DNA of 64,000 bases from Myxococcota bacterium (GTDB taxonomy: Bacteria; Myxococcota_A; Polyangia; Nannocystales; Nannocystaceae). The stretch is from positions 212,889 through 276,888 of the forward strand of contig JBCCHT010000009.1 in the NCBI GenBank assembly GCA_039028615.1, written 5' to 3'. The translations under genes and the position numbers were made by a program. Below are positions 9,207-19,422 of the stretch, in pieces. The stretch's first letter is position 1. Each line of letters opens with the position of its first letter. The notes below the pieces were generated by a model. It was given only the letters and a program-made list of their open reading frames with translations. It searched no databases and was not told the DNA's origin.

Positions 9207-11876
9207 ATGATGGAAGACCTCGACAGCTTTGCTCCTCGACGCCGTTCGACCCGTCGGCGCCTGCCTCCCGACGACATTCGTCGCGCGGAACGGATTGGCG
9301 CGCTGGCCAACGACGCCGAGCGAGTTCGGCCCCGCTATTTCGATGGTCGTCGTTTGAGTGCGACAGACCTGTCCGCCGACTTCGACTACTTCGATCGGCG
9401 GCAGCGTGACCTGGCCAGCACGGTCGACGGCGGCGTGGTCGAGGGGCTTGGGATCGAGTGGCCACCCCCTGGTGAAGGCGGCGGCCCACTGCGGCTGAGG
9501 GTGGGCTCGGGCCACGGTTTGACGCGCGCGGGTGAGCTGGTCCTGGTGCGCGAGGCCATCGTGCTGGACCTGGCCGACCTTCCCACCTCGTCCCAGCTCG
9601 ACGCGGTCTTCGATCTCGACGAACGACCTCGGCCCCCGGCGCGCACGCAGAGCGGAATCTTCGCGCTGACGCTTCGCCCGGTGGAGTTCCAGGCCAACCC
9701 GGTCGCACCCTATCCCAAGAACATCACGGGCGAGCGCGTCCTCGAGGATGGCGAGGTCATCGAGGCTACGCTGTTCACGTTGGTCCCGCTCGCATCCGAG
9801 TCGGGTCTGGATGCGGTCCGCGAGGGCAGAGCCGGCCTCGCCCGGCGAATCTTCGTCGAAGGGCTCGACCCGGCGCGTTCGATTCACGGCTTGCCGATTG
9901 CGGTGGTGGCCATCGAACGAGGTCAGATTTCGTGGGTCGATGTACACCTGGCACGGCGTCGCGCGATGGCCGATCCCACCAGAGGGTTCGGGGCAGGGGC
10001 ACGGCCGCGGTTGGAAGCGAGCCTGCAGCACTACGACGACGCGCTGAAGCGCATCATCGCGGAGCGCCTGGCCGTTCCACTCGGCCTGCGTTTCGGCGCG
10101 AGTGAGTATTTCGAGGTCTTGCCCCCGGCGGGGGTGCTGCCGGCCGCCGCGGTCGAGGTGCAGTTCGATCGCGTGTTCCAGTACTTCTTCCCGCCCGGGG
10201 TGGATGCCGAGATCGCGCTGGTTCCCGAAGACGAGATTCCGGGCCTCATCGAGGAAGCCATCGACCTGGGGCCGATCGATCTCGCGGCGGGGGCGGCTTC
10301 GCTGGAGTCGACACCGGTATTGATCACCATTCCCGTCCCGCGGGAGGAGTTTCCCGAGTGGGTTCGCCAAACGGGCGGAGTGCCGCGCCGACCGGTCGCG
10401 CAGCGACTCGCGCGTTCGTTGGCCCATCGACGTCCAGTCGACGCGTTCCTTCGCCGCGCACTGCGGCGATCGGCGGCCGAGGGAGCTCCTGCGGTGCCGT
10501 TGCTCGAACCCTGGCAGAACGCGCTGGCCAACGCGGAGACGCTGTTGTTCGTGCGGCAGCGCCAGCGGGCCCAGACCTCGTTCGCTCAGGCACGCTATGG
10601 CCCCATCCCCGCGGAGCAACGGCCGTCGGGGACGATCGCGGAGCTGGTACGCAACCGCCTCGAGCTGGCCGGCGAGCTCGGGCGTTTCGATCGGCTCTTG
10701 GTCACCGCGGGCCCCGACGCGCTCGAACGCCTCGAGACGCTGCTCTCGAACGACGCATTCGAGCATCTTCTCTTCGTCAACGGGCTCGTCGCCGAGCTGT
10801 CGTACCGAGCACGTCGCAAGCTCCTCGGGGCCGGCGAGAGCGTCGGTGATGGAAGCACCTTCCTCACGGTGGGGAGCGTTCCACCCGGAGCACCGCTGCC
10901 GCTCCGTGTTCGCCCGCTCCGGCCCGAAGATGTAGACGCGGTCGCAGATCGCTACGCGAACGTCGCCGTGCCGCAGGGATTGGTCGAATTGGCGACACGG
11001 CATAGCGCGCTCTTCGATGAGCTGGACGTTCGTATCGTGCTCGCGCAGACGTTGCGCGTCCCCGAGCTCGATCAGCAAGTCGCGAACGTTCGGGAGGCTG
11101 AGCGTGACGATCTGGCGGCTCGCCTGCTCGACTTGGCTCGGGATCGCGACGTCAGCGAGATTCGTGACTTCATCGGCTACCTCCGCCCACAACCGCCTCG
11201 CTTCGAGCCTCCGGCAGGGGCGACCGGGTATGCCAATGTGGAAGCCGTCGGGGCGGCGGACCTCTTTCGGTTGCTGTGGGACCACAGCCCCGATCTCTTC
11301 GATGCCACCGCGGCGACCGACGTGCGAGGAAAGCTCGATGCCTTCGTCGCCGACCTTCGCAATGCGGAGCCCTTGTTCACCACCGTCCTGCTGACCTCGG
11401 CGGTCGTCGGAGGTTGGCGGCTCGATGTCGATACCAGCTCGGATGCCAAGCTGGTCCTGCAGAGCCTCTACTGGCGCTCATTTGGCACAGGCCCTCTGTT
11501 CGTCGCCACCAAGAGCCCTCGCCTGGGTGAAGGAGAGGAGCTGCAGCTCTCCGGTGAGGGCAGCCAGCTGGGTGGCATCGAGTCCGAGCTCCAGAGATTG
11601 GCCCAGCTCTCCGCCCTTCATGACGCCGACCCCGGCCTGGCGGGGCTTGGTGCCCGATTCGAGGAGGCGGGTTTCCCTGGGCCCACCATGGAACCCGGCG
11701 ACGCCTATCGGATGATGGGGATGGTCGAGGACGCGTGGGCATGGATTACCGAGCTACGCGATCTCGAGGTTGGCGGTCACGACCTCGGCGCGCTGGCCCA
11801 GGAGCTCATTGCGGAGCTCGAGGTGGGGTCGTTCGCGCGCTTGGAAGCACTACTCCACGACTGGCGACTCAGGTAG
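9207..11876 (+). CDS. eCIS protein, paralog 3 (full-length paralog of 6638-9196)
   Basis: RPRYFDGRRLSATDL..GVVEGLGI..VGSGHGLTRAGELV; GAGGAG SD. Confidence 0.75.
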   Translation: MMEDLDSFAPRRRSTRRRLPPDDIRRAERIGALANDAERVRPRYFDGRRLSATDLSADFDYFDRRQRDLASTVDGGVVEGLGIEWPPPGEGGGPLRLRVGSGHGLTRAGELVLVREAIVLDLADLPTSSQLDAVFDLDERPRPPARTQSGIFALTLRPVEFQANPVAPYPKNITGERVLEDGEVIEATLFTLVPLASESGLDAVREGRAGLARRIFVEGLDPARSIHGLPIAVVAIERGQISWVDVHLARRRAMADPTRGFGAGARPRLEASLQHYDDALKRIIAERLAVPLGLRFGASEYFEVLPPAGVLPAAAVEVQFDRVFQYFFPPGVDAEIALVPEDEIPGLIEEAIDLGPIDLAAGAASLESTPVLITIPVPREEFPEWVRQTGGVPRRPVAQRLARSLAHRRPVDAFLRRALRRSAAEGAPAVPLLEPWQNALANAETLLFVRQRQRAQTSFAQARYGPIPAEQRPSGTIAELVRNRLELAGELGRFDRLLVTAGPDALERLETLLSNDAFEHLLFVNGLVAELSYRARRKLLGAGESVGDGSTFLTVGSVPPGAPLPLRVRPLRPEDVDAVADRYANVAVPQGLVELATRHSALFDELDVRIVLAQTLRVPELDQQVANVREAERDDLAARLLDLARDRDVSEIRDFIGYLRPQPPRFEPPAGATGYANVEAVGAADLFRLLWDHSPDLFDATAATDVRGKLDAFVADLRNAEPLFTTVLLTSAVVGGWRLDVDTSSDAKLVLQSLYWRSFGTGPLFVATKSPRLGEGEELQLSGEGSQLGGIESELQRLAQLSALHDADPGLAGLGARFEEAGFPGPTMEPGDAYRMMGMVEDAWAWITELRDLEVGGHDLGALAQELIAELEVGSFARLEALLHDWRLR

Positions 11877-11883
11877 GCGCACC

Positions 11884-14800
11884 ATGACAGTGATCACCAA
11901 AGGAATCCCGACTTCGACGTTCGGTGAGCGTGCCCTGGAGATTCAGCCTCCACTGACCACGGGCGCCGATGCGGCGGACCGTGAAGCGCAAGGGTGGGCT
12001 CGACGTACGCGGTACTTCGCGGGTCGTTCGGTCACGGACCTGGCTCTGAAAGGGGGTCAGCGTCACTATGGAGGGCATCTGGCGACGGCCGGGCAGAAAC
12101 TCGCGCCCGGAGTCGTGGTGGGCTTGGAGGCGATGGCCGAGGGGCCACGGAACGCGCCGATCCTTCACATTGCGCCGGGCATCGGCCTATGCGTGAGCGG
12201 TGAGGACGTGAGGGTGCCGGAGGCGGTGGCACTCGACGCGCTCTCGCTCATGGTGATCGCGAACGAGGTGCCGGACGACGACGCCGAAGACGACGAAGCG
12301 TCGTTGCCTACGCTGGAAGCAACGCTCGGCCAGCTTCGGGGGGCGGCGTTCGTGATCCTGCTGCGGCCCGTGGAAATCGAGGTGACGGAGAACGTCGACC
12401 CGGACGACCCTTGCGAACTCGACCCCGGGGACATTTCATTCCGAGACGAGCTGTTGGTCGACGGGTGTCGCGTCGTCTTGTACCGACTCGACTCGCTGCC
12501 CGACCCTTCGGTTCGATGGCGTAACGAGCTAGCGTACATGGTCTTCGATGCCGAGGCCGCTCTTGGCACAGGCGAGGTGCACCCGTGGGAGCCGTTCGGG
12601 GTCCCCATCGGAGTGCTCGCATTTCCTCCCGACGGCGGCCCACCCTTTGTCGATATTCATGCCGTTGCTCGAGCGGGAGGTTCACCTGCCGAGCAGCTGC
12701 GCTTGCTCGACGGCCCGGGAACTCCGCGACTTTGGCAGGCTCGACTCGAGCAGATGACGACCGAGCTGCGCGAGTCGGACATCGACGCCCTGCAGGTGGC
12801 CGGGTTGGATTCGCAGTTCCGTTGGCTGCCGCCCGTGGGCCTGCTGCCGCCAGGGACCGTCGCGGTTCGTGGCGACCACGGGGAGCCCGACTACCCTCTG
12901 CCTGCGCCTTCGCTCTTTCCCGAGGACTACGTAGTCGAGGTCGTTCCCGTCGAACTCGAGGCCGTCGACGAATATCTACACGCCGGGGCGTTCCAAGCTC
13001 CGCTCGATACGGAAGCACAGGAGCAAGTGCAGATCCTCGTGCCCGTGCCTCAGCAGCACTTCGATCCCGATCTGCTGGTGGTGGAGGACGAGACGCCGGA
13101 CGAGTTCCGAGAGACGATCGAGATGCTGCTCCTGCGGCTCAATCACCGACTGGGCCGTCGCTACCTCGTTCGGGTCTACGACACCTCGTTGACGAGGCAT
13201 CTCGACAGTCGTGTCCAGCAGTACCCCGACGAGCCGCGTGCCGTCGACGGGGAGGTCGATGGGTTCTTTCCTCCCGACGAGGTCCTTCCCGAGGTGGATG
13301 TACCCCCTCCCGAAGAACCCTACGGGCATGATCTCGACGACCGTATGTACGCGCTCATCCAACGCGTCGCGGACACGGTGGGAGTCGAGGAAAACCCTGC
13401 CCGCAACCCGCTGGCGATCATGCTCTACGGGATTGCCGACGGCGTCACGGTTCCCGCGATGAACATCGCGCCCCTTTCGTATCCTTTGAACATCACGAGG
13501 GCCGCTCTGCCGACGTTCTTCGTCAATAGCCGTTTCCGTGGGAAGGGGTTCGTCGGGTTCGCCAAGGGGCTGACTGAGCGCCTCGTGGAGGCCGCCGAGC
13601 GCCTCGACCTCGCCTTTGCCGGGGTCGAAGCCGAACTCCACCAGCTGCGCTCCTACGTGTCCGACGAGGGGGCGTCCGATCACATGGCCAGTTCCCCCGT
13701 GGTCTCGGCCATTACCTCGCACTCACTCGCCCCTGCACCCCCCATCCAGCTCCGAGCTTTTCGGTCGTTCATGCTCGATCGGCTCAACCAGGTGGCCACG
13801 ATCACTGAAGTCGATCCGAGCGTCACCATCCCGACTCGTCGGATCCCGACCGGGGAACGCAAGGTCCAACCTTCGTTGTTGTTCGGCCGGAACTTGGTCG
13901 ATCGGATGCGGGCCTCGGTGGCCGCGACCGCAGCCGAGAATGCCCGGCACGCCAAGATCTCGGCGCTTCGGTCGCTGCTGTACATCAACGACCGCCTCGC
14001 GCTGTCGTTGGACGGCATCGAGTTCCCTGTCCTGCGAGAGGCTGCCTTGGAGGCCCCGTTGGGGCCAGGGGAGTTCATCAGCATCTCGACGATTCGGACG
14101 GAACTCGCCCGGGCCGAGACGGACTGGCCGCATGATGACGTCGAGACTTGGCCTGGTGGTGGGGCGGCCGATTCGGAAGCGACGTTCTTCGCCCAATCCG
14201 TCCGCTCGCTCGAGGAGCTGATCGCGGCGTTGCGGATCGCCGAGGCCAGACTCACCGCCTACGAGGCCGGGCTCGAGGTGCTGCGGGACGAACTCCAGAG
14301 CCTCCGGCAGCTGCGGCAGAGAATCCGTGAACGCCTCGATGCACTGCAGGACGAAATCCAGGAGGTTCGGCACGACGTTCGCGTTGCGCGGGCCCTGGAG
14401 CGGGAGGAGGTCGTGCGAGCCACCCGGCTCAACCGATTGCGCGAGCAAGTGATCGAAGAGCACGTACCGTTCCTGCTTTTTCGCCGACCTCGTACGGTGG
14501 ACGCGGTGCAGTCGCCCCCGACCTTGCAGGTCTCGTCCTCGCAGGCCTCCGATGTCGTGCCCGAGTGTCTGGACGCGGATTTCGAGGCCCCCGAGCAACT
14601 GCGGGCAATGATCGACCTGGTTCGCGATGCACCCCTGAAGTGGCTGAAGATAGGTCCCGCGGTGGTCCGCAGGGTGAATCGAATCGCGGCGTTGCGGCAG
14701 GCCGCCGAGGTCGCGTGGCATCGCTCGCGCAACCCGGAGCCTTTCGGATACCGGCCCTTCGACGGTGCCTCGTTCGAGACTCCCGCAGGACTGCGGATGC

Positions 14801-15609
14801 GGGGCCTCTTCTCCGCGCATCGTTCCGCGTTTCAGAACATACGTCTGGCGGCCGGAGGGTGGCTGAGCGGCTCGGCCTATCTGAGCTACCCCTGGCATCA
14901 GCTGGCCACGCTCGTCGAAGGCAATGCCACGGTCAACGACTTTCTGCTCAGTCCACACGGACGACAGGATGCAGCGCAGCGGCTGACCGAGGAACTGACG
15001 AACATCTTCCGCGTAGCAGCATGCCTCTACGAGCACTTCGGCCAGGTCCTGCCGTCGCTGCGCTTGCGGTGGGTGCAGCAGGTGAGCGAAGAGGACGAAG
15101 ACCCGCTCGATCTCGACGACCTGTCGAAGCTGCCCGGCTGGGAGGACGTGGACCGAGTCGATCGACGCGACATTCAGACTCTCGTCGATTGGTTGTTCGA
15201 CCGCTTCCGAACCGAGGAGGACGGGGCGCTGCAGTTCGTCCGCGACATCATTCGGGTGACGCTCCTGCTCAGTGGCCATGCTCCGGTTCGGCAGGTCATC
15301 GAGGCTACGGTGGTGGAGACGCGTCCCGTGCAAGCGGGAGGGCGAGTGAGCGTGGCGCTCGACCCCGAGCGGGTGCGCGTGGGTATGCACGTGCAGCTCT
15401 ACGCGAGCGAGGTTCGGACGCGGGTGATCGCCCGCGGGATCATCGATGACCTGGCCTCGGGGGTGGCGGCGGTTCGCGTCGTCACCACCGATGGCAACAA
15501 GGCGGTCTCGCCCACCCGGGCCGAGATCAGTGAACCCTCCCAGTCGCCGAGGATCGAGATGCGTGACGGCAGCTCGTTCCACCTCGGTGTGGCCGCGACC
15601 CTCTCGTGA
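11884..15609 (+). CDS. eCIS large protein, paralog 4, with coiled-coil segment
   Basis: RTRYFAGRSVTDLAL..GVVVGLEA..IAPGIGLCVSGEDV; heptad-like LRDELQSLRQLRQRIRERLDALQDEIQEVR. Confidence 0.75.
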   Translation: MTVITKGIPTSTFGERALEIQPPLTTGADAADREAQGWARRTRYFAGRSVTDLALKGGQRHYGGHLATAGQKLAPGVVVGLEAMAEGPRNAPILHIAPGIGLCVSGEDVRVPEAVALDALSLMVIANEVPDDDAEDDEASLPTLEATLGQLRGAAFVILLRPVEIEVTENVDPDDPCELDPGDISFRDELLVDGCRVVLYRLDSLPDPSVRWRNELAYMVFDAEAALGTGEVHPWEPFGVPIGVLAFPPDGGPPFVDIHAVARAGGSPAEQLRLLDGPGTPRLWQARLEQMTTELRESDIDALQVAGLDSQFRWLPPVGLLPPGTVAVRGDHGEPDYPLPAPSLFPEDYVVEVVPVELEAVDEYLHAGAFQAPLDTEAQEQVQILVPVPQQHFDPDLLVVEDETPDEFRETIEMLLLRLNHRLGRRYLVRVYDTSLTRHLDSRVQQYPDEPRAVDGEVDGFFPPDEVLPEVDVPPPEEPYGHDLDDRMYALIQRVADTVGVEENPARNPLAIMLYGIADGVTVPAMNIAPLSYPLNITRAALPTFFVNSRFRGKGFVGFAKGLTERLVEAAERLDLAFAGVEAELHQLRSYVSDEGASDHMASSPVVSAITSHSLAPAPPIQLRAFRSFMLDRLNQVATITEVDPSVTIPTRRIPTGERKVQPSLLFGRNLVDRMRASVAATAAENARHAKISALRSLLYINDRLALSLDGIEFPVLREAALEAPLGPGEFISISTIRTELARAETDWPHDDVETWPGGGAADSEATFFAQSVRSLEELIAALRIAEARLTAYEAGLEVLRDELQSLRQLRQRIRERLDALQDEIQEVRHDVRVARALEREEVVRATRLNRLREQVIEEHVPFLLFRRPRTVDAVQSPPTLQVSSSQASDVVPECLDADFEAPEQLRAMIDLVRDAPLKWLKIGPAVVRRVNRIAALRQAAEVAWHRSRNPEPFGYRPFDGASFETPAGLRMRGLFSAHRSAFQNIRLAAGGWLSGSAYLSYPWHQLATLVEGNATVNDFLLSPHGRQDAAQRLTEELTNIFRVAACLYEHFGQVLPSLRLRWVQQVSEEDEDPLDLDDLSKLPGWEDVDRVDRRDIQTLVDWLFDRFRTEEDGALQFVRDIIRVTLLLSGHAPVRQVIEATVVETRPVQAGGRVSVALDPERVRVGMHVQLYASEVRTRVIARGIIDDLASGVAAVRVVTTDGNKAVSPTRAEISEPSQSPRIEMRDGSSFHLGVAATLS

Positions 15610-17387
15610 TCGTCGACCGTAGACGCGTAGGGCGGCTGAAGCTCCAGGCTTCCCGGTCCGAGCATGTGCCCTCCGCGGTAGCGGTGGTGCGCGAGGCCTT
15701 GAGGATCGCAACGATGCCGGGCGACGGACAGTCGGGGCGCTTGTTCGTCCGTCGCGTGGACCTGGGCCGCATCGACTTGCGTCGCGGTGCACAAAGCGTC
15801 GCAAAGGCGCTGTCCGAGCAGATGCAGGCGTTGCGGGCTTCGGCGGTTCCGATCGCCTCGGCGCGCGCGAAAGAGGCCGAGGCTGTGTTTGTGCGGGACT
15901 CTTTCGAGGCGACCGCGCTTGCGCTCTATCGCGCTTCGGCAGGGTGCTCGCTCGATGGGTGGGTTTGGTCGCGGATCGAACCCTCGTGGTCTGGATGCTC
16001 GCCCCGGCAGATCGTCGCTCGAGCGTGGCAGAAGCTGGCCACCGAGCTCCAGGCCCCCGCTGCGATGGCGGGAGCCGTGGGCGCACTCCTCGATGGACGG
16101 CGTCTCGAGGCCGCGTGTGATGAACTCGATGCTCGAGATGGCCGGGTCCTGTGGACAGCGTCGCAGGCTAGCGGGCATCGCTCCGAGCCCACGAGCAATG
16201 GTGGTGATACGGCCGAGGTATTCGATCCGTTGCCGCCGGTCTGGCGTGATTCCATTCGTGGGCTGGTGCGCTCGTGGGGAGAATCGGACGCTCGGTCGCA
16301 TTGGGTGATGCTGGCCGCACTCCGGGCCGCTCACCTGGGTTCGACTCATGGGCGCGTCGAACGAGTCGAAGCCCTGGTTCGGGCCTATGCCGACCCCGAG
16401 ATCGATTGGGATGCGCATCGGCCCTGGTACGCGGCTGGGCCGGGGGATGAAGAGCACCTCGGTCGATCGAAGCGAGAAGGAACGATGGTTGAGTCCGAAC
16501 TCCCCGAGATTCGCCGGGTCTCGGACGAGGAGGCGCCCAATGCCGATTCGAGGCAGGTCCGAGCGAAGCTCGAGGTGTCGGAGCGAGAAAACACGGGGGG
16601 GTCTACGCGCACCGAGAGTTCTTCGGGCGGGGATTACGAGGCCGCGAGGGGTGTCGAGCACGACTCAGTACCGGTCGAGGCCGAGCGAGGGCAACCGGAA
16701 CGAGAGCGGTTCGCGTGGGGAGCTGGCGCGCACCCGGTGCCGACCGCTTGCGGGGGTCTCTGGTTCATTCTCGCCATCCTCGAGCGGTTGGGCATCGAAG
16801 CCTTCATCGATGTCCATCCCCATCTCGACGGGACGGCACTGGCCGCCAGGGTACTGCGGCGGGTCGCCGATGAACTCGAGGTGCCCGGTGATGACCCGGC
16901 TCGGGTAGTTCTCGGCATACCACCCGCGAGCGATCGGCCGACCCCATTCGTCGTCCCTCCCGCATGGCTGAGCGGCGTCGAGACGATACATGCCAGATGG
17001 TCCGCTGCGGCTCATCGAGTGGTGTTGGTGGACTCCGACGAGCGTCCCTTGGCGATGTTGACGGCACCCGGGAGCGCCATGGTGTCGCAGTTCGAGGATC
17101 TGCCTCTCTACGGCCTCGACCACCCCATCGATGCCCTCGTGGAGGCGTGGTTCGCCGCCGTTTGCCGATGGCTCGAGCGTCACACCGAGATGAGCCTCGC
17201 CGAGCTCGTACTCCGGTCGGGAGCCGTCGCCTGGACACGGACCCACATCGACCTCGTCTTCGATCTTCAGCACACCGACATCCGCGTTCGCCTGGCGATG
17301 CTCGATCTGGATCCGGGTTGGGTCCCGTGGCTCGGGCGCGTCGTGGCTTTTCACTACGTTCATCGAGGAGTGTTGGGCGATGGTTGA
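15606..17387 (+). CDS. Contractile injection system tape-measure-like protein (Afp14-like)
   Basis: GTGA overlap; GGLWFILAIL and terminal THIDLVF..DIRVRLAMLDLDPGWVPWLGRVVAFHY; low-complexity middle; sits just before the ATPase. Confidence 0.65.
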   Translation: MIVDRRRVGRLKLQASRSEHVPSAVAVVREALRIATMPGDGQSGRLFVRRVDLGRIDLRRGAQSVAKALSEQMQALRASAVPIASARAKEAEAVFVRDSFEATALALYRASAGCSLDGWVWSRIEPSWSGCSPRQIVARAWQKLATELQAPAAMAGAVGALLDGRRLEAACDELDARDGRVLWTASQASGHRSEPTSNGGDTAEVFDPLPPVWRDSIRGLVRSWGESDARSHWVMLAALRAAHLGSTHGRVERVEALVRAYADPEIDWDAHRPWYAAGPGDEEHLGRSKREGTMVESELPEIRRVSDEEAPNADSRQVRAKLEVSERENTGGSTRTESSSGGDYEAARGVEHDSVPVEAERGQPERERFAWGAGAHPVPTACGGLWFILAILERLGIEAFIDVHPHLDGTALAARVLRRVADELEVPGDDPARVVLGIPPASDRPTPFVVPPAWLSGVETIHARWSAAAHRVVLVDSDERPLAMLTAPGSAMVSQFEDLPLYGLDHPIDALVEAWFAAVCRWLERHTEMSLAELVLRSGAVAWTRTHIDLVFDLQHTDIRVRLAMLDLDPGWVPWLGRVVAFHYVHRGVLGDG

Positions 17388-19422
17388 GCGAACGACAGTG
17401 GCGAGCCTGGCCCTGGCTGCGATTGCAATGAGGGTCCCCGAATCCCTGGGCGCCGAGTTTCAGGGGATGGTGTCGAAACTCGACCCGGCGGTGTCCCGAA
17501 GTTCGCACGCGTTGGCCGATGCCCTGGCCCGCTTGCTCGAGCAGCCAAGTCCAGCCGACGAGCGGCTCGTGCGGGTGGGTGACGCGTTGGGCCTGCGGGA
17601 ACTCGAGATCCTGACCGTTGCGCTGATCGTCGAGGGAGAGCGTGAGCCGATGGTCGGTCGGCTGCTCTCCCGTCTGCAGGACCCGGTCGGTGGCAGTCGG
17701 CCGACGCTCGGACTGCTTCGCACCATGTTCGAGTGGGCGACCCCCGGAGACGTGATCGATGAGCTCCTGACCGGCGTCGCAGTGCAGACGGGTCTGCTGG
17801 AAGTCGTACCCCCAGGACCTCCGATGCCCGAGCGCGCGCTGCAGGTCCCGCCTCACTTGGTAATGGCTGTGCGGGGCCAAGCCGCGTCGGTCCCCGGAGC
17901 CACCGTTGGCCCCGATCCACGCTCGCCCCCGCTGACGCCGTCGTTGCTCGCGGATGCGCGGAGGTACGCCCATGGCCTCGAGCATCGCCCTCGCGCCGCC
18001 TTGACGATTCGGGCGGGATGCGACGCCGAACGGCGGGCCGCGGCCGAGGCGGTGGCTGCTGCACTCGGGCTCGCGCCGGTTTTCTTGCGAGATTGTCCCC
18101 TCGACGGGCTAGTCCCATGGCTGCTGCTCGAAGGCCTCGTCCCCGTATTCGAACGTGAACTCGCTCCCTCAGAGCGATGCGTCCTACCCGAGCTCGTCGG
18201 CTACTCGGGGCCGGTCTTGGCGACCTTGGGCCCGGACGGGGGCATCGTGGTCACCGGGAGCACCCCGATGTCGTGGTCCGTGCCCGTGCCGTCCGCAGCG
18301 GAGCGCAGAGAGTTGTGGGAGCGAGCGGTCGGAGATTCGGCCATGGCCGAGCGCCTCTCGCGAGGGCATCGACATGGGTGTGCTCGCATCGCGGAACTCG
18401 GTCGTCTCGCCCGGCAGCGCGCCGCCATGGATGCGCGCTCGGTCGCGAGAATCTCCGATGTGCTCGAAGCGTCGTGGTCGAGCGACGCCGGGGGGCTGGA
18501 TGCGTTGGCGGAGCCCATGCGAGCCCGGATTGACGGCGACAGCTTGGTCTTGCCCGACCGGATTCAGCAGAGCCTCGACCTGTTTGTGCTTCGCTGTCGC
18601 GCGCGGGAAGGACTCACCGATGGTCTGGGGAGTGCGTCCTCCACCCGCTACCGACCTGGGGTTCGGGGACTGCTGGTAGGGCCCTCGGGGACGGGCAAGA
18701 CCCTGGCCGCCGGGTGGCTGGCGACCCAGCTGGACCTGCCCCTGTATCGAGTCGATGCCGCTTCGGTGGTGTCCAAGTACATCGGCGAGACCGAAAAAAA
18801 CCTGGCGCAGCTGCTCGCGCGGGCAGAGGACGCGGAGGTCGTGCTGCTATTCGACGAAGCCGATTCACTGTTCGGCAAACGTACCGAGGTCAAGCAGAGC
18901 AACGACCGGTTTGCCAATGCTCAGACCAACTACTTGCTCCAGCGGATCGAGTCCTACGACGGCATCGTCGTACTCACGAGCAACAGCCGCTCGCGGTTCG
19001 ACTCTGCGTTCACTCGACGGCTGGACTTCGTGATCGACTTTCCCGCGCCGGAGCCCGAACAGCGTCGAGACTTGTGGGAACGGCATCTCGGCGAGGAGCA
19101 CGACATCGATCGCTCCGAGCTCAACCGGCTGGCCGCGACCATCGATCTGTGCGGCGGTCACATACGCAACGTGGTGCTCTGTGCCGCGGTGCTGGCCAAG
19201 TCCGAGTCGCGCCGGGTCGGTTTTCGCGACCTCATTCGCGGGTTGGAGCTGGAGATGCTCAAGCTCAACCGCCAGGTGCCAGCCTCGATGTACGGCCAGC
19301 GCAGCGGAAGCCGAGTGCTTCGCAAGGGGCGTCGAGCACGGGCAGGTTCGGTCTCGGCTCGGGCCAACGGTGACGGCACAGAGCCCGTCGTCGTGTTGCA
19401 GGGGGGTGACGTGAGAGGCTGA
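17380..19422 (+). CDS. eCIS AAA+ ATPase (Afp15/Pvc15-like)
   Basis: Walker A GPSGTGKT, VVSKYIGETEKNL, Walker B LLFDEADSLFGKRTEV, RFANAQTNYLLQRIE. Confidence 0.93.
   Translation: MVERTTVASLALAAIAMRVPESLGAEFQGMVSKLDPAVSRSSHALADALARLLEQPSPADERLVRVGDALGLRELEILTVALIVEGEREPMVGRLLSRLQDPVGGSRPTLGLLRTMFEWATPGDVIDELLTGVAVQTGLLEVVPPGPPMPERALQVPPHLVMAVRGQAASVPGATVGPDPRSPPLTPSLLADARRYAHGLEHRPRAALTIRAGCDAERRAAAEAVAAALGLAPVFLRDCPLDGLVPWLLLEGLVPVFERELAPSERCVLPELVGYSGPVLATLGPDGGIVVTGSTPMSWSVPVPSAAERRELWERAVGDSAMAERLSRGHRHGCARIAELGRLARQRAAMDARSVARISDVLEASWSSDAGGLDALAEPMRARIDGDSLVLPDRIQQSLDLFVLRCRAREGLTDGLGSASSTRYRPGVRGLLVGPSGTGKTLAAGWLATQLDLPLYRVDAASVVSKYIGETEKNLAQLLARAEDAEVVLLFDEADSLFGKRTEVKQSNDRFANAQTNYLLQRIESYDGIVVLTSNSRSRFDSAFTRRLDFVIDFPAPEPEQRRDLWERHLGEEHDIDRSELNRLAATIDLCGGHIRNVVLCAAVLAKSESRRVGFRDLIRGLELEMLKLNRQVPASMYGQRSGSRVLRKGRRARAGSVSARANGDGTEPVVVLQGGDVRG

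Noticed and set aside
1..19422. Prophage or T6SS interpretation
   Set aside because: No capsid, terminase, integrase or TssJLM/ClpV genes in the window; the Afp15-like ATPase plus DUF4157 fit an eCIS
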